Below are positions 19,546-27,785 of a stretch of 64,000 nucleotides of DNA, piece by piece. Source of the stretch: an uncultured bacterium (GTDB lineage Bacteria; Patescibacteriota; Saccharimonadia; Saccharimonadales; DATKHC01); NCBI GenBank assembly GCA_963699195.1, contig OY969420.1, positions 570,733 to 634,732 of the forward strand, written 5' to 3'. The position numbers and the translations under genes are program-made. Each line of letters opens with the position of its first letter. The stretch's first letter is position 1. The notes below the pieces were generated by a model. That model had not been told where the DNA came from, made no database searches, and saw only the letters and a list, made by a program, of their open reading frames with translations.

Positions 19546-20145
19546 ATGTCAGTGCCATTTGAAATCGAAACAGTTCCTGAAATTTATGATCCAGAGGAAG
19601 TGGCTGATTTTCTTCAACGTATGCAAACAGACGGGTTACCAGCGTTCGTTATTCACTCTACTGACTTGTCTGACGTCCTTAGCAGCATAACTGAAAATGG
19701 CTTTGATGTTCGTAGCGATGCAGCATACTTAAGTATAATTGGCCCACACACAGAAAGACGGAAAGATGATTGGCAATATCCACATATCAGCATCGCCTAT
19801 GACAAACCCATGCATGTCGATACATTACCTACCGATAACATCCTAGACCACATATACATTCACAATACTTCTAGGGGTGGCCATAATGCTCACTTTTTTG
19901 TCCCAACAGATGAGTGGCTTGCTAACAGAACCAAAAAACTTCCTGAAGGAACTCAAGAGCTTTTTGAGGCTGGGCAAGTTGATCCAAATGTCCTTATACC
20001 GATTGACCATCTTGCCCCAGTAAAGAAAGATTCTACAGTTATATTTAGACACCAAGGACGTCGTCCTCTAGCTCACTACTTCCAGAGCACAGAGTTTCCA
20101 AGGAGATCGTCTACACATCTCGGCAAAGTAAAGAGAAATAAATAA
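19546..20145 (+). CDS. Hypothetical protein (199 aa)
   Basis: Intact ORF filling the unit between R4 and R5. No family recognised. Confidence 0.55.
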   Translation: MSVPFEIETVPEIYDPEEVADFLQRMQTDGLPAFVIHSTDLSDVLSSITENGFDVRSDAAYLSIIGPHTERRKDDWQYPHISIAYDKPMHVDTLPTDNILDHIYIHNTSRGGHNAHFFVPTDEWLANRTKKLPEGTQELFEAGQVDPNVLIPIDHLAPVKKDSTVIFRHQGRRPLAHYFQSTEFPRRSSTHLGKVKRNK

Positions 20146-20184
20146 TGCTTATGCTTCGGATAGGCTATGGTACAGGTTCAGAAC
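20146..20184 (+). repeat. Cassette-boundary repeat R5 (variant B, full)
   Basis: TGCTTATGCTTCGGATAGGCTATGGTACAGGTTCAGAAC. It starts at the stop codon of ORF 19546..20145. Confidence 0.9.
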
Positions 20185-20264
20185 AATTTATACGAAATTG
20201 ATCATTGAGTTAAGTCGCCGCAGGATATGTCATATTCTTTTCTTGAATACTAATTTAACCCTTG

Positions 20265-20891
20265 CTAACAATCAACAATATATTTTAATTCAGCTATCGA
20301 AAATGCGTTAGTTATATCTACCGTAGGAACAACTTTACCAACATTATTTCGTTCGTCAAAAAGTATAATATTTGTTGCTAATTCTAATGCTGGAACATTT
20401 ATTTGTATCTCGGAAACTAGCCCATACAAATAAGTGTCACTGGCAATGTCTGGAGTCAGTACTGTCTTTTTCTTAGTTGGATTCCAAGTGATGTCCATTA
20501 ACTCCGAAAATCCATAAGAATTTGCAGGTTTCCAGAAAAAGCCTGTTATTTGCCAATATACGCCCTTACTTGTAGTAACCGCAGTCTTACAACCATAAAT
20601 GTTCCAACTTGGTGTGGGACCACCGGTAATATGTGAAAGGTTCATTGCGCTTGCTGAAGGCACTATACTACCTAGTGATTTACCTGCGATATTAATTGAT
20701 TCTCCATTAACCGAGCTACCTAATATGGGTTTTGCAGTGTCGGTTCCCATAGAACTCATAGATTTATTGTCTTGATGGTGTTTGTAGACAAATACACCTA
20801 CTCCAGCAATAGCTACTATTACTACTAGTGCTATTATCATCTCTACATGGCTAAAGCCTTTAGAGTTTAGTTTTGGTTTTTTAAATTTCAT
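20265..20891 (-). CDS. Prepilin-type N-terminal cleavage/methylation domain protein (type IV pilin-like)
   Basis: MKFKKPKLNSKGFSHVEMIIALVVIVAIAGVGVFVY is a class III signal (G/F-x-x-x-E plus hydrophobic helix). I prefer the Met at 20891 over the track start at 20966. Confidence 0.65.
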   Translation of the reverse strand: MKFKKPKLNSKGFSHVEMIIALVVIVAIAGVGVFVYKHHQDNKSMSSMGTDTAKPILGSSVNGESINIAGKSLGSIVPSASAMNLSHITGGPTPSWNIYGCKTAVTTSKGVYWQITGFFWKPANSYGFSELMDITWNPTKKKTVLTPDIASDTYLYGLVSEIQINVPALELATNIILFDERNNVGKVVPTVDITNAFSIAELKYIVDC

Positions 20892-21010
20892 AGTATTTGG
20901 ATTTACCTTATTTTTTGTTTTAAATATTATGCTTAAAATTATCCAGGAGTAACAGGGTAAAGTCAAGGAAATTTACAGGTAGTGCGCATTCGGACAGAGG
21001 TCTGAATTCT

Positions 21011-21667
21011 TTACTTATAAGTGGCTTGGTTTAAACAATTTAATACAAAGTTATCAACTTGCTGTATTGCTGATGGAGTCTTGGCGGTATCCGAGCTGAC
21101 CATTTCTCCTCCTTCAGCACTATAAGTTGTTGACCATTCGTGTGTACTCACGTAATAGTTTGCTTGAGCGAAACCATCACAACCATTTTTATCTATAAAA
21201 ACTCCACTGAAGTTGTCTGTATACTGTCCTTCGTTGTCCACTAATGTGTCGGCGCCGACCTGCATATCTTCGCCTCCATATTGAGGGTTATGTTGCACGT
21301 TGCAAGTATCACCAGGTTTCGGGACGTAACCTTGAGATTTCCAGCCTTGTTGACCTGTCGAAGTCTGGTAACAATAGGCATCAAAAGGCGCCCATGTATT
21401 TTCACTATTTTTGGATGCTTCAAGCACTTTTTGTCCAAAACCCATAACCGCCGCGGCTATTGTATGATTACGCCTAGCACTCTTTTCATAATTAAGCGCG
21501 GCTTGTTGAGGGTTAGTTTCTGGAGTAGCTGTAGGGATCTGAACTATAGCGTTGGGTACTGGCTCGCTCGAGGTGTTAGATGAACAACCTGCTAGTAATG
21601 CAGCAGCTGCGACTAGACTAGTAACGCCTGCTTTAATTCCTTTGGATGACCTTCTTCTTTCAGACAT
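21011..21667 (-). CDS. Putative lipoprotein
   Basis: 218-aa ORF with a signal peptide and lipobox (LVAAAALLAGCSS). The mature part is unrecognised. Confidence 0.6.
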   Translation of the reverse strand: MSERRRSSKGIKAGVTSLVAAAALLAGCSSNTSSEPVPNAIVQIPTATPETNPQQAALNYEKSARRNHTIAAAVMGFGQKVLEASKNSENTWAPFDAYCYQTSTGQQGWKSQGYVPKPGDTCNVQHNPQYGGEDMQVGADTLVDNEGQYTDNFSGVFIDKNGCDGFAQANYYVSTHEWSTTYSAEGGEMVSSDTAKTPSAIQQVDNFVLNCLNQATYK

Positions 21668-21783
21668 TACACAAAAACTCCCATAGAATAGTTATTTTAG
21701 AGTTATAGTATAACATTAATTTAAATTTTAGTCAATAATGCTTAAGGCACGTCTTTACCATAACGGCAAGTATATAGTTAGGC

Positions 21784-21809
21784 CATAGGCTACAGTCCGA
21801 TTTTAGAAC
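21784..21809 (+). repeat. Cassette-boundary repeat R6 (hybrid of variants A and B, degenerate)
   Basis: CATAGGCTACAGTCCGATTTTAGAAC. A possible displaced left arm AATGCTTAAGGC lies at 21736. Confidence 0.6.
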
Positions 21810-21830
21810 TTTTTAACTTCTTTCGAATCA

Positions 21831-22430
21831 TTAATTTAGTAGAATTCCAGCACCAACTATACATACTGCAATAGCAGTACTCCCTATAATTGCAGCTTTT
21901 TGTCTAGTTTTTTCATATTCAAAAGTATGAACAGTAATAATGCCAGCAAATAGATAGAGTGGAAGCACTTGAACCGAAGTTATATGCCATAAATCACCCG
22001 GAATATAGTAGAAGATAAAGCTATTGAAGAAGGCTAGGTATGACAAGTTAGCTAAGGCCTCAAAAATAATGGCGTCAACACAGAATATTGTCGCTAAAAC
22101 TAGCCCTGAAGTGACGCGTTTCTTCTTAAGAGTACCGTGCAACATATAGAGATAGAAGCCTACAGATCCCCATAAGTACAATGAATAGACTGAGGTATAG
22201 CCCTGATGAATAGGATAAATCTGGTAAAGCCAGAGCGGGTGTCGAAATAGACGGTTATATACGGTATCAAAGACTACTTCGCCAAGTACTCCTAGTGCAG
22301 CCATCGTTGTTATGTAGAGTAATGCTTTAACTGGCTGAATCTTTAAGGGCTTGCCAGCGAACCAACGATTAAATGCATAGATTACTACTAGCCAAACTGC
22401 GCTATATATAATCAGATAGAAAAGGTGCAT
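21831..22430 (-). CDS. Integral membrane protein (about 6 TM helices)
   Basis: 199-aa strongly hydrophobic ORF. Family uncertain. Confidence 0.55.
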   Translation of the reverse strand: MHLFYLIIYSAVWLVVIYAFNRWFAGKPLKIQPVKALLYITTMAALGVLGEVVFDTVYNRLFRHPLWLYQIYPIHQGYTSVYSLYLWGSVGFYLYMLHGTLKKKRVTSGLVLATIFCVDAIIFEALANLSYLAFFNSFIFYYIPGDLWHITSVQVLPLYLFAGIITVHTFEYEKTRQKAAIIGSTAIAVCIVGAGILLN

Positions 22431-22500
22431 ATTGGCTTCAATATAGCAAAAAAGTATGTTTAATAACAGATATCAAAGTGTTTATGCTGTAGACTTTATT

Positions 22501-23214
22501 TCAATAGGGACTTAGTACTAAATCTGGTTTGATAGTCCCAGTAAGTATTTGGTCTTGCTGTTTTTCAGCTTTTAGTAGCTCTTTCCCAGAAGGATCAACT
22601 AAATACGACATTAACTCTTGAGGCTCAGCGGCATTATTAACACTACATACAAATACTGAGTTTTCAACTGCTCTAGCTATAACTATATGTTCCCATATAT
22701 TATCGTAAGGCTTAATTGCATTATTGATATGAAAGATTACTTGAGCTCCTTGATCTTTAAGCTTAGCCCAAGCTAATGGGAAAAGTAGCTCTCGACATAT
22801 TTGTACTCCAAACGTTATCCCACCCATTTCATAGATTGGTAATTCATCACCTTTGTTGAAGTGGTTCTTGTCTATGTCTGATAACTCTATTTTCTTATAT
22901 ACTTGTCTATCCTTGTCATGGCTAAACATCACGACAGAGTTGTGCCAGACATCATCTATATATAAAGCTGTACCAAGTAAGCAGTAACATTTCTTTTCTT
23001 TCACTTTTTGAACAATCTCATTTATTATTTGATCTATTTGATTAGGATCTACGTCTTTTAGAAATCCTTCTTCTTCTGGAAAGTAGCCGGTTAATGCACA
23101 TTCTGGAAATACTACCCATTCTTCTGGGTTAGCGCTATTTAAGGCAGAAAGTATTTTTTGTTTATTTTCTTCAACGCCATGACTAACTACTATTTGCGCC
23201 ATTTTTATTAACAT
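22501..23214 (-). CDS. Carbon-nitrogen hydrolase (nitrilase superfamily)
   Basis: 237-aa ORF. Catalytic Glu context (VVFPECALTGY), Lys (YKKIEL) and Cys (GVQICRELLFP). Confidence 0.8.
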   Translation of the reverse strand: MLIKMAQIVVSHGVEENKQKILSALNSANPEEWVVFPECALTGYFPEEEGFLKDVDPNQIDQIINEIVQKVKEKKCYCLLGTALYIDDVWHNSVVMFSHDKDRQVYKKIELSDIDKNHFNKGDELPIYEMGGITFGVQICRELLFPLAWAKLKDQGAQVIFHINNAIKPYDNIWEHIVIARAVENSVFVCSVNNAAEPQELMSYLVDPSGKELLKAEKQQDQILTGTIKPDLVLSPY

Positions 23215-23418
23215 AACTGAATTATATCAAAAATTCAGACTAAATTTGATTTATTTTCGAACTCTTGCATAATTGTCTAATAAACTGGGGTGGTAATGGG
23301 GAAATTAAGTTAGAATGTATTATTTATCGGAAAATGGCAATTTGAGTTTTCGAACCCAATTTTATGCGTAATTAACAGGGGCGAACTGAACGAAAATAAA
23401 CCGTTTGGACTATTTCAT

Positions 23419-23446
23419 ATAGGCTATGGTACAGGTTCAGAACACT
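23419..23446 (+). repeat. Cassette-boundary repeat R7 (variant B, right part)
   Basis: ATAGGCTATGGTACAGGTTCAGAACAC. The 26-mer is identical to R4 and R5. A weak extra remnant GAGTTTTCGAACCC lies at 23344-23357. Confidence 0.85.
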
Positions 23447-23508
23447 CTAAGCGTTTAATTGGTTTTAAGATTCTAGTTATAAGCATAATCCCATATACTA
23501 TTAAGGTT

Positions 23509-24783
23509 GTGTATATAAATAAATCAAAGGAACGTATAAAATTCAATAAAAAGTTTTTTGGTATTTTTATTTTATTGCTGTTGCTTTTAACAGTGACAGC
23601 ACCGGAAGCTCTTGCTGTAGGAGGATATACCTGGCTTAATTCGACATCAGGGACACCAATGAGTGGTCTTTCTTGGTATGGCATTGCATCCTCAGCAAAC
23701 GGACAGGATGTTACAGCAGTTGCGGCGGGTGGTGGTGATGTATGGACATCGATAGATGGTGGAGTTACATGGACCGATGACGTAATAAATAATCCTAGCA
23801 TGAGTGGCCAAAATTGGGTCTCTGTTGCATCCTCGGCAAACGGACAGGATTTAGTTGCCGTAGCACAATATAATGACATATGGACATCGACTGATGGTGG
23901 AGTTACGTGGACAGACATATCACTTACCGATGTCAGTACTGGCAGCCAAGCTTGGGTGGGTGTAGCTTCGTCATCTAACGGCCAAGATTTAGCCGCAATT
24001 AATAATCCTGGAGACATATGGACATCAACAAATGGCGGAAATACATGGAACAACGATACAAGCTCCAATGTTTCTATGACCGGAAAAGCATGGGCTTCTA
24101 TTAGCTCGTCATCTAACGGCCAAGATTTAGCCGCTGTAGTTTATAACGGTGACGTTTGGACATCAACAAATGGCGGATCTTCTTGGACTGACACATCTCT
24201 GATAACTACTGCTATGCAAGGTCAACAGTGGGTGGGCGTAACTTCATCTTCAGACGCTACTCATATAACTGCCGTGGCAGCAAACAACCAGGTATGGACT
24301 TCAATAAATGGCGGTACCAGCTGGCATAATGACACAAGCAGTATTAGTGGTACCAGCCAAATTTATTATCCCGTAACCTCATCGGCTAACGGGCAAGTTG
24401 TAACTGTAGGTGCAGTCAGTGGTGACTTATGGACTTCATATGATGGTGGTACTACCTGGACCGATGATTCGACTGGTAATGCAAACTTAACTTCGCAAAG
24501 CTGGTGGGCGTTGGGATCATCGGCAGATGGCAGTAGACTTTTTGGAGCCGAAGTGGGTGGAGACCTATTCGTAGGGTATAACCCCGCACTAGTGGTTGTC
24601 CCAAGCACTACCCCGGCAACCCAAACCACTACAAGCTCTATTAAAGTAAGTGCTCCTGACACTGGTTTTGGAGAACCAGCTCAAAGTAATTATTTCAGTA
24701 TTTTCACAGTCACTACATTATCTTTAGCACTTACGCTTGCCGGCTGCTCATTTCTTAAGTTTCAAAATAAAAAGGGAAATTGA
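23509..24783 (+). CDS. Secreted BNR/Asp-box-like beta-propeller repeat protein with a probable sortase-type C-terminal anchor
   Basis: 424-aa ORF. Signal peptide, then about 8 repeats of the pattern SS(A/S)NGQDL.AV...GD(I/V)WTS.(D/N)GG.(T/S)W. C-terminus is SAPDTG plus a hydrophobic stretch plus KKGN. Confidence 0.7.
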   Translation: MYINKSKERIKFNKKFFGIFILLLLLLTVTAPEALAVGGYTWLNSTSGTPMSGLSWYGIASSANGQDVTAVAAGGGDVWTSIDGGVTWTDDVINNPSMSGQNWVSVASSANGQDLVAVAQYNDIWTSTDGGVTWTDISLTDVSTGSQAWVGVASSSNGQDLAAINNPGDIWTSTNGGNTWNNDTSSNVSMTGKAWASISSSSNGQDLAAVVYNGDVWTSTNGGSSWTDTSLITTAMQGQQWVGVTSSSDATHITAVAANNQVWTSINGGTSWHNDTSSISGTSQIYYPVTSSANGQVVTVGAVSGDLWTSYDGGTTWTDDSTGNANLTSQSWWALGSSADGSRLFGAEVGGDLFVGYNPALVVVPSTTPATQTTTSSIKVSAPDTGFGEPAQSNYFSIFTVTTLSLALTLAGCSFLKFQNKKGN

Positions 24784-24795
24784 GATTGATTAAAA

Positions 24796-24830
24796 CCGCT
24801 TATGGTTGGTATCCAGTCCGAATTCCGAAC
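24796..24830 (+). repeat. Cassette-boundary repeat R8 (variant A)
   Basis: CCGCTTATGGTTGGTATCCAGTCCGAATTCCGAAC, 13 nt after the stop of the surface-protein gene. Confidence 0.85.
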
Positions 24831-24842
24831 CAATGTAAATCA

Positions 24843-24895
24843 TTGACAGATTAGTACGTTTAATAGTACAATAATATGTACAAGGAGAAGTACAT
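24843..24895 (+). promoter_or_regulatory. Predicted yefM-yoeB promoter with TGTACA-type operator palindrome
   Basis: TTGACA (24843-24848), 18-nt spacer, TACAAT (24867-24872). The inverted repeat ATGTAC-N8-GTACAT (24876-24895) brackets the AGGAG RBS. Confidence 0.5.
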
Positions 24896-25150
24896 ATGAA
24901 AATTGCATCAATATCAAATTTCAGAAAAGAAATTAAAAGATATGTTGACGAAGTCGACAAAGACCAAGAACCATTGGTCGTAACTCGCTCAGATAACGTT
25001 TCGGTGGTGATTATACCTTTAAACACTTATAACTCTTACTCAGAAACCGAATATCTACTACGTAGTCCTGCAAACGCTGAACGGCTAAAACGATCTGTTA
25101 AGAAAGCTCAAGAAGGTCAAGTTGAAAAGCACGATCTTATAACAAAATAA
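24896..25150 (+). CDS. yefM: Type II antitoxin, Phd/YefM family
   Basis: 84-aa ORF. The ...YNSYSETEYLLRSPANAERLKRS motif closely parallels E. coli YefM. Confidence 0.88.
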   Translation: MKIASISNFRKEIKRYVDEVDKDQEPLVVTRSDNVSVVIIPLNTYNSYSETEYLLRSPANAERLKRSVKKAQEGQVEKHDLITK

Positions 25151-25152
25151 TA

Positions 25153-25413
25153 ATGAGCCGTGCATTAACCTTTACATCTGAGGCCTGGGAAGACTATTTA
25201 TACTGGCAGTCCACCGATAAACAAATACTTAAAAAGATCAATCAGCTAATAAAAGACTGTCAACGTGACCCTTTTGTTGGTGTTGGGAAGCCTGAACCGC
25301 TAAGGAACGAACTTGCAGGTTCCTGGTCACGGAGAATAAATGATGAACATCGGTTAATATATATTGTTACTGATCAAGAAATCCGTATTGCGGCTTGCCG
25401 TTATCACTACTAG
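25153..25413 (+). CDS. yoeB: Type II toxin, YoeB/Txe mRNA interferase
   Basis: 86-aa ORF. WEDYLYWQSTDKQILKKINQLIKD ... GKPEPL ... WSRRINDEHRLIY ... IAACRYHY is near-colinear with E. coli YoeB. Confidence 0.9.
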   Translation: MSRALTFTSEAWEDYLYWQSTDKQILKKINQLIKDCQRDPFVGVGKPEPLRNELAGSWSRRINDEHRLIYIVTDQEIRIAACRYHY

Positions 25414-25426
25414 CAAGAATCCAAAT

Positions 25427-25466
25427 CCGCTTATACTTGGCTGGGCATCCAGTCCGAGTTCCGAAC
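25427..25466 (+). repeat. Cassette-boundary repeat R9 (variant A, full)
   Basis: CCGCTTATACTTGGCTGGGCATCCAGTCCGAGTTCCGAAC, 14 nt after the yoeB stop. Confidence 0.9.
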
Positions 25467-25510
25467 GCTTTGATTAATAGACTAAAACGTATATATGGTA
25501 TAAAATAGAT

Positions 25511-25801
25511 ATGAAAAGTAACGTTGTTGGTAAAGAGCCAAATCCACTTGGACCTCGTGTCCGAAAGTTTCACGATAACCGGCACATTCCCTACCGAAAT
25601 CTAAATGAAATTAGAACGGCAATGGTTGAAGATGACAAGTTGCTCATTGGGTTTATTGGTTCAAGGATTATGGAGGATCACTGGCTAGAACCGGTTGCTG
25701 ATCTCTCCGCATCAGCACGTAACAATGTAGGAAAGATGGCCGAGGTGCTAGGCCAGGACATGCCGGCTTCCCGCAGCTCGTTGAGGCAGTATATGAAGTA
25801 A
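25511..25801 (+). CDS. Hypothetical protein (96 aa)
   Basis: An ORF only. GC looks higher than the surroundings by eye. Confidence 0.4.
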   Translation: MKSNVVGKEPNPLGPRVRKFHDNRHIPYRNLNEIRTAMVEDDKLLIGFIGSRIMEDHWLEPVADLSASARNNVGKMAEVLGQDMPASRSSLRQYMK

Positions 25802-25881
25802 TAGCTCCGGAGGCATCACCGTTAATAGGCACCATTGATCAAGCAATAGTCACCACAATTGCATCACGAACCGGAAAAGCC

Positions 25882-26163
25882 ATGCTTGCAACTGTCTTTA
25901 AGTATGATCGTGGCGAAGGAATTGCCCGAGCTCAGCAGGCTATAAATCAGACCCGAGCTGTTCAGATTGCTGAAGATCCTGAGTTTACTATCCCCGTGGG
26001 TTACAGGGAGCTTTCGCCCGTAGTTCACGATACATACGGTATCCTTGTTCCATTTACAGCAAATGTTCTTCAGCAGGCTATGTTCAGCGAAACATGTATT
26101 GATGACTGGGATTCGGCGCTAGCGGACGTTTTTAGAGATCTTAAGCCGGATCTAACTAGATAA
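25882..26163 (+). CDS. Hypothetical protein (93 aa)
   Basis: An ORF only. The frame is open upstream to 25723 without an ATG, so the start is uncertain. Confidence 0.4.
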   Translation: MLATVFKYDRGEGIARAQQAINQTRAVQIAEDPEFTIPVGYRELSPVVHDTYGILVPFTANVLQQAMFSETCIDDWDSALADVFRDLKPDLTR

Positions 26164-26175
26164 TATATTTCGAAA

Positions 26176-26215
26176 ACGCTTATGCTTGGCTGGGCATCCA
26201 GTCCGAGTTCAGAGC
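26176..26215 (+). repeat. Cassette-boundary repeat R10 (variant A, full)
   Basis: ACGCTTATGCTTGGCTGGGCATCCAGTCCGAGTTCAGAGC. It lies between the stops of ORF 25882..26163 (+) and ORF 26215..26541 (-). Confidence 0.9.
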
Positions 26216-26541
26216 TATCTAGAACGGCTAGCTTTTTTTAACAATTCGGGTATTATTTCGTCAAAACCTTCGTGAAGTGCTACACCCTTTTCTGTAAGCG
26301 TTGAGTTACCTAGTGGATTAGTGGGTAAGGGTTGGGTTAGACCCATATCATGCATTGATACAAGCATATTTGCTACTGCAATAACTGGGGTTTCAGTTGA
26401 TTCAGCAACTTCTTGGATAACCTGACTATTGCTACTACCTTCTGGATTAAGAGACATTGCTCCTAGCGTAGATCTTAGTAGACCTAAAAATTCTCTTTCG
26501 GTTTCTGGTGCTTTATGCCATCTACCTGGGTCTTTATTCAT
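26215..26541 (-). CDS. Hypothetical protein (108 aa)
   Basis: An ORF only. Confidence 0.4.
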   Translation of the reverse strand: MNKDPGRWHKAPETEREFLGLLRSTLGAMSLNPEGSSNSQVIQEVAESTETPVIAVANMLVSMHDMGLTQPLPTNPLGNSTLTEKGVALHEGFDEIIPELLKKASRSR

Positions 26542-26594
26542 AACTAAATAATACCATTTAAAGCAGTATTTGTAAAGCTTGCTATCAGAATATA

Positions 26595-26622
26595 CCGATT
26601 AGGTGTGGAATCCAGTCCGAAC
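26595..26622 (+). repeat. Cassette-boundary repeat R11 (variant A, diverged left arm)
   Basis: CCGATTAGGTGTGGAATCCAGTCCGAAC. Confidence 0.7.
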
Positions 26623-26645
26623 TTGTCCTTATTAAGTTGGTTTCT

Positions 26646-26852
26646 CTAACTAAGCTTCTTGCAATCATCGCATTTTGGGCGACCTGCAGTACCTTGTGTA
26701 CGGTGTTCGGGCTTTATTCGTCTACCGGCAGGGCATTTGCTTCTGTCGTGGTAGACATTCCGTTCGCCACCATATTCTGGGACGCTTGTGTGATATGGGC
26801 TTATTAACGCCATTCTAATTCCTTCCTCCCAAAGTGCTTTTATATTCACCAC
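26646..26852 (-). CDS. Hypothetical small Cys-containing protein (68 aa)
   Basis: An ORF with the pattern YHDRSKCPAGRRI ... GRPKCDDCKK, which is CxxG...CxxC-like and could bind metal. Inference only. Confidence 0.4.
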   Translation of the reverse strand: MVNIKALWEEGIRMALISPYHTSVPEYGGERNVYHDRSKCPAGRRIKPEHRTQGTAGRPKCDDCKKLS

Positions 26853-26918
26853 CCCGAGAATTATTAAAAGTACTTTTATTTAATCACAAATTAGCGGATT
26901 TATAAACTACATTTTAAA

Positions 26919-26952
26919 GCATAAGCGTAATGCGTCCTGTCTGAGTTTCGAA
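26919..26952 (+). repeat. Cassette-boundary repeat R12 (diverged)
   Basis: GCATAAGCGTAATGCGTCCTGTCTGAGTTTCGAA. The right arm resembles TCCAGTCCGAGTTCCGAA. The left arm is a near-palindromic variant of GCTTATGC. Confidence 0.5.
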
Positions 26953-27012
26953 TTTTCTAGACTATAGTTCAATATTAGGTTATGGCCGTGTCCAATACAG
27001 GCTATAATATTA

Positions 27013-27582
27013 ATGATGAGTAGGATTGTTTATGTTTTCATTGACGCATCTAACCTTTGGCAGGCTCAAAAAGCTAAAGGAAAGTTTTTAGATTTTGCGA
27101 AACTGACAAAGTATTTAAAAAATCGTTATAATGCCACTGAAATAAAAGTATTTTATTATACAGCCTATCCCGCTGAGGGTACTAGAGATTACAGCCTAGA
27201 TGGCAAACACAAATTCTATACATATCTAAAAAAAGGCTTAGGCTTTGAAGTTAGAAAAAAAGAATTAAAGCAAATCAAAGTAGATACTGATGACGGTTTA
27301 GCGATGGAAGAAAAAGGAAACATGGACGTTGAGATGACTATTGATGCAGTTCATCTGGTTAATAAATATGCATGTGCGATTCTGTTTACTGGTGACTCAG
27401 ATTTTCTGGGTTTGGTTAAGTACATTAGGGCTAGGCACAAAAAAGTTCACATTTTTTCATCGCGCAACAATGTATCATCTGAATTGCGCACTGGTGCGGA
27501 TGGCTACACTGATATATTAATGGTAGAAGATGATATATGGGGAAATGAGCTTAAATATAGAAGTCAGGGGAAAACACAGTAA
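27013..27582 (+). CDS. NYN/LabA-like domain protein (predicted RNase fold)
   Basis: 189-aa ORF. VFIDASNLW at the N-terminus and ILFTGDSDF match the NYN/DUF88 acidic motifs. Confidence 0.78.
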   Translation: MMSRIVYVFIDASNLWQAQKAKGKFLDFAKLTKYLKNRYNATEIKVFYYTAYPAEGTRDYSLDGKHKFYTYLKKGLGFEVRKKELKQIKVDTDDGLAMEEKGNMDVEMTIDAVHLVNKYACAILFTGDSDFLGLVKYIRARHKKVHIFSSRNNVSSELRTGADGYTDILMVEDDIWGNELKYRSQGKTQ

Positions 27583-27588
27583 TTAAAA

Positions 27589-27610
27589 CGACCCTCCGCA
27601 AAGAGGGTCG
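27589..27610 (+). other. GC-rich hairpin just after the NYN gene
   Basis: CGACCCTC-CGCAAA-GAGGGTCG. On the plus strand it has an A-tract before it and no T-tract after it, so a terminator role on the plus strand is doubtful. Confidence 0.35.
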
Positions 27611-27750
27611 TCCTTAGATGTGATTCCCTTTCAGTTCGAAAGGTGAACTAAAAGACTATATTATTGTAGCATGCACCATAAAAACTAGCAATATCATATT
27701 ATTGACAAATAATATTTAATATTATGAAAAGATTATGTCTATATGTCAAA

Positions 27751-27785
27751 CCGCTTATGCTTGGCTGGGTATATGGGATTCGAAC
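27751..27785 (+). repeat. Cassette-boundary repeat R13 (terminal copy, with tRNA T-loop-like right arm)
   Basis: CCGCTTATGCTTGGCTGGGTATATGGGATTCGAAC. The reverse complement contains GGTTCGAATCC followed 13 nt later by CCA. Confidence 0.85.

Noticed and set aside
23424-24068. Long antisense or overlapping ORFs (23424..24068, 24366..24662, 14446..14730, 34290..34706, 21241..21583, 30800..31168, 52904..53269, 56014..56343 and others)
   Set aside because: Each lies opposite or out of frame within a much better-supported gene with recognisable domains. Their sequences are low-complexity or compositionally odd, as expected for shadow ORFs.
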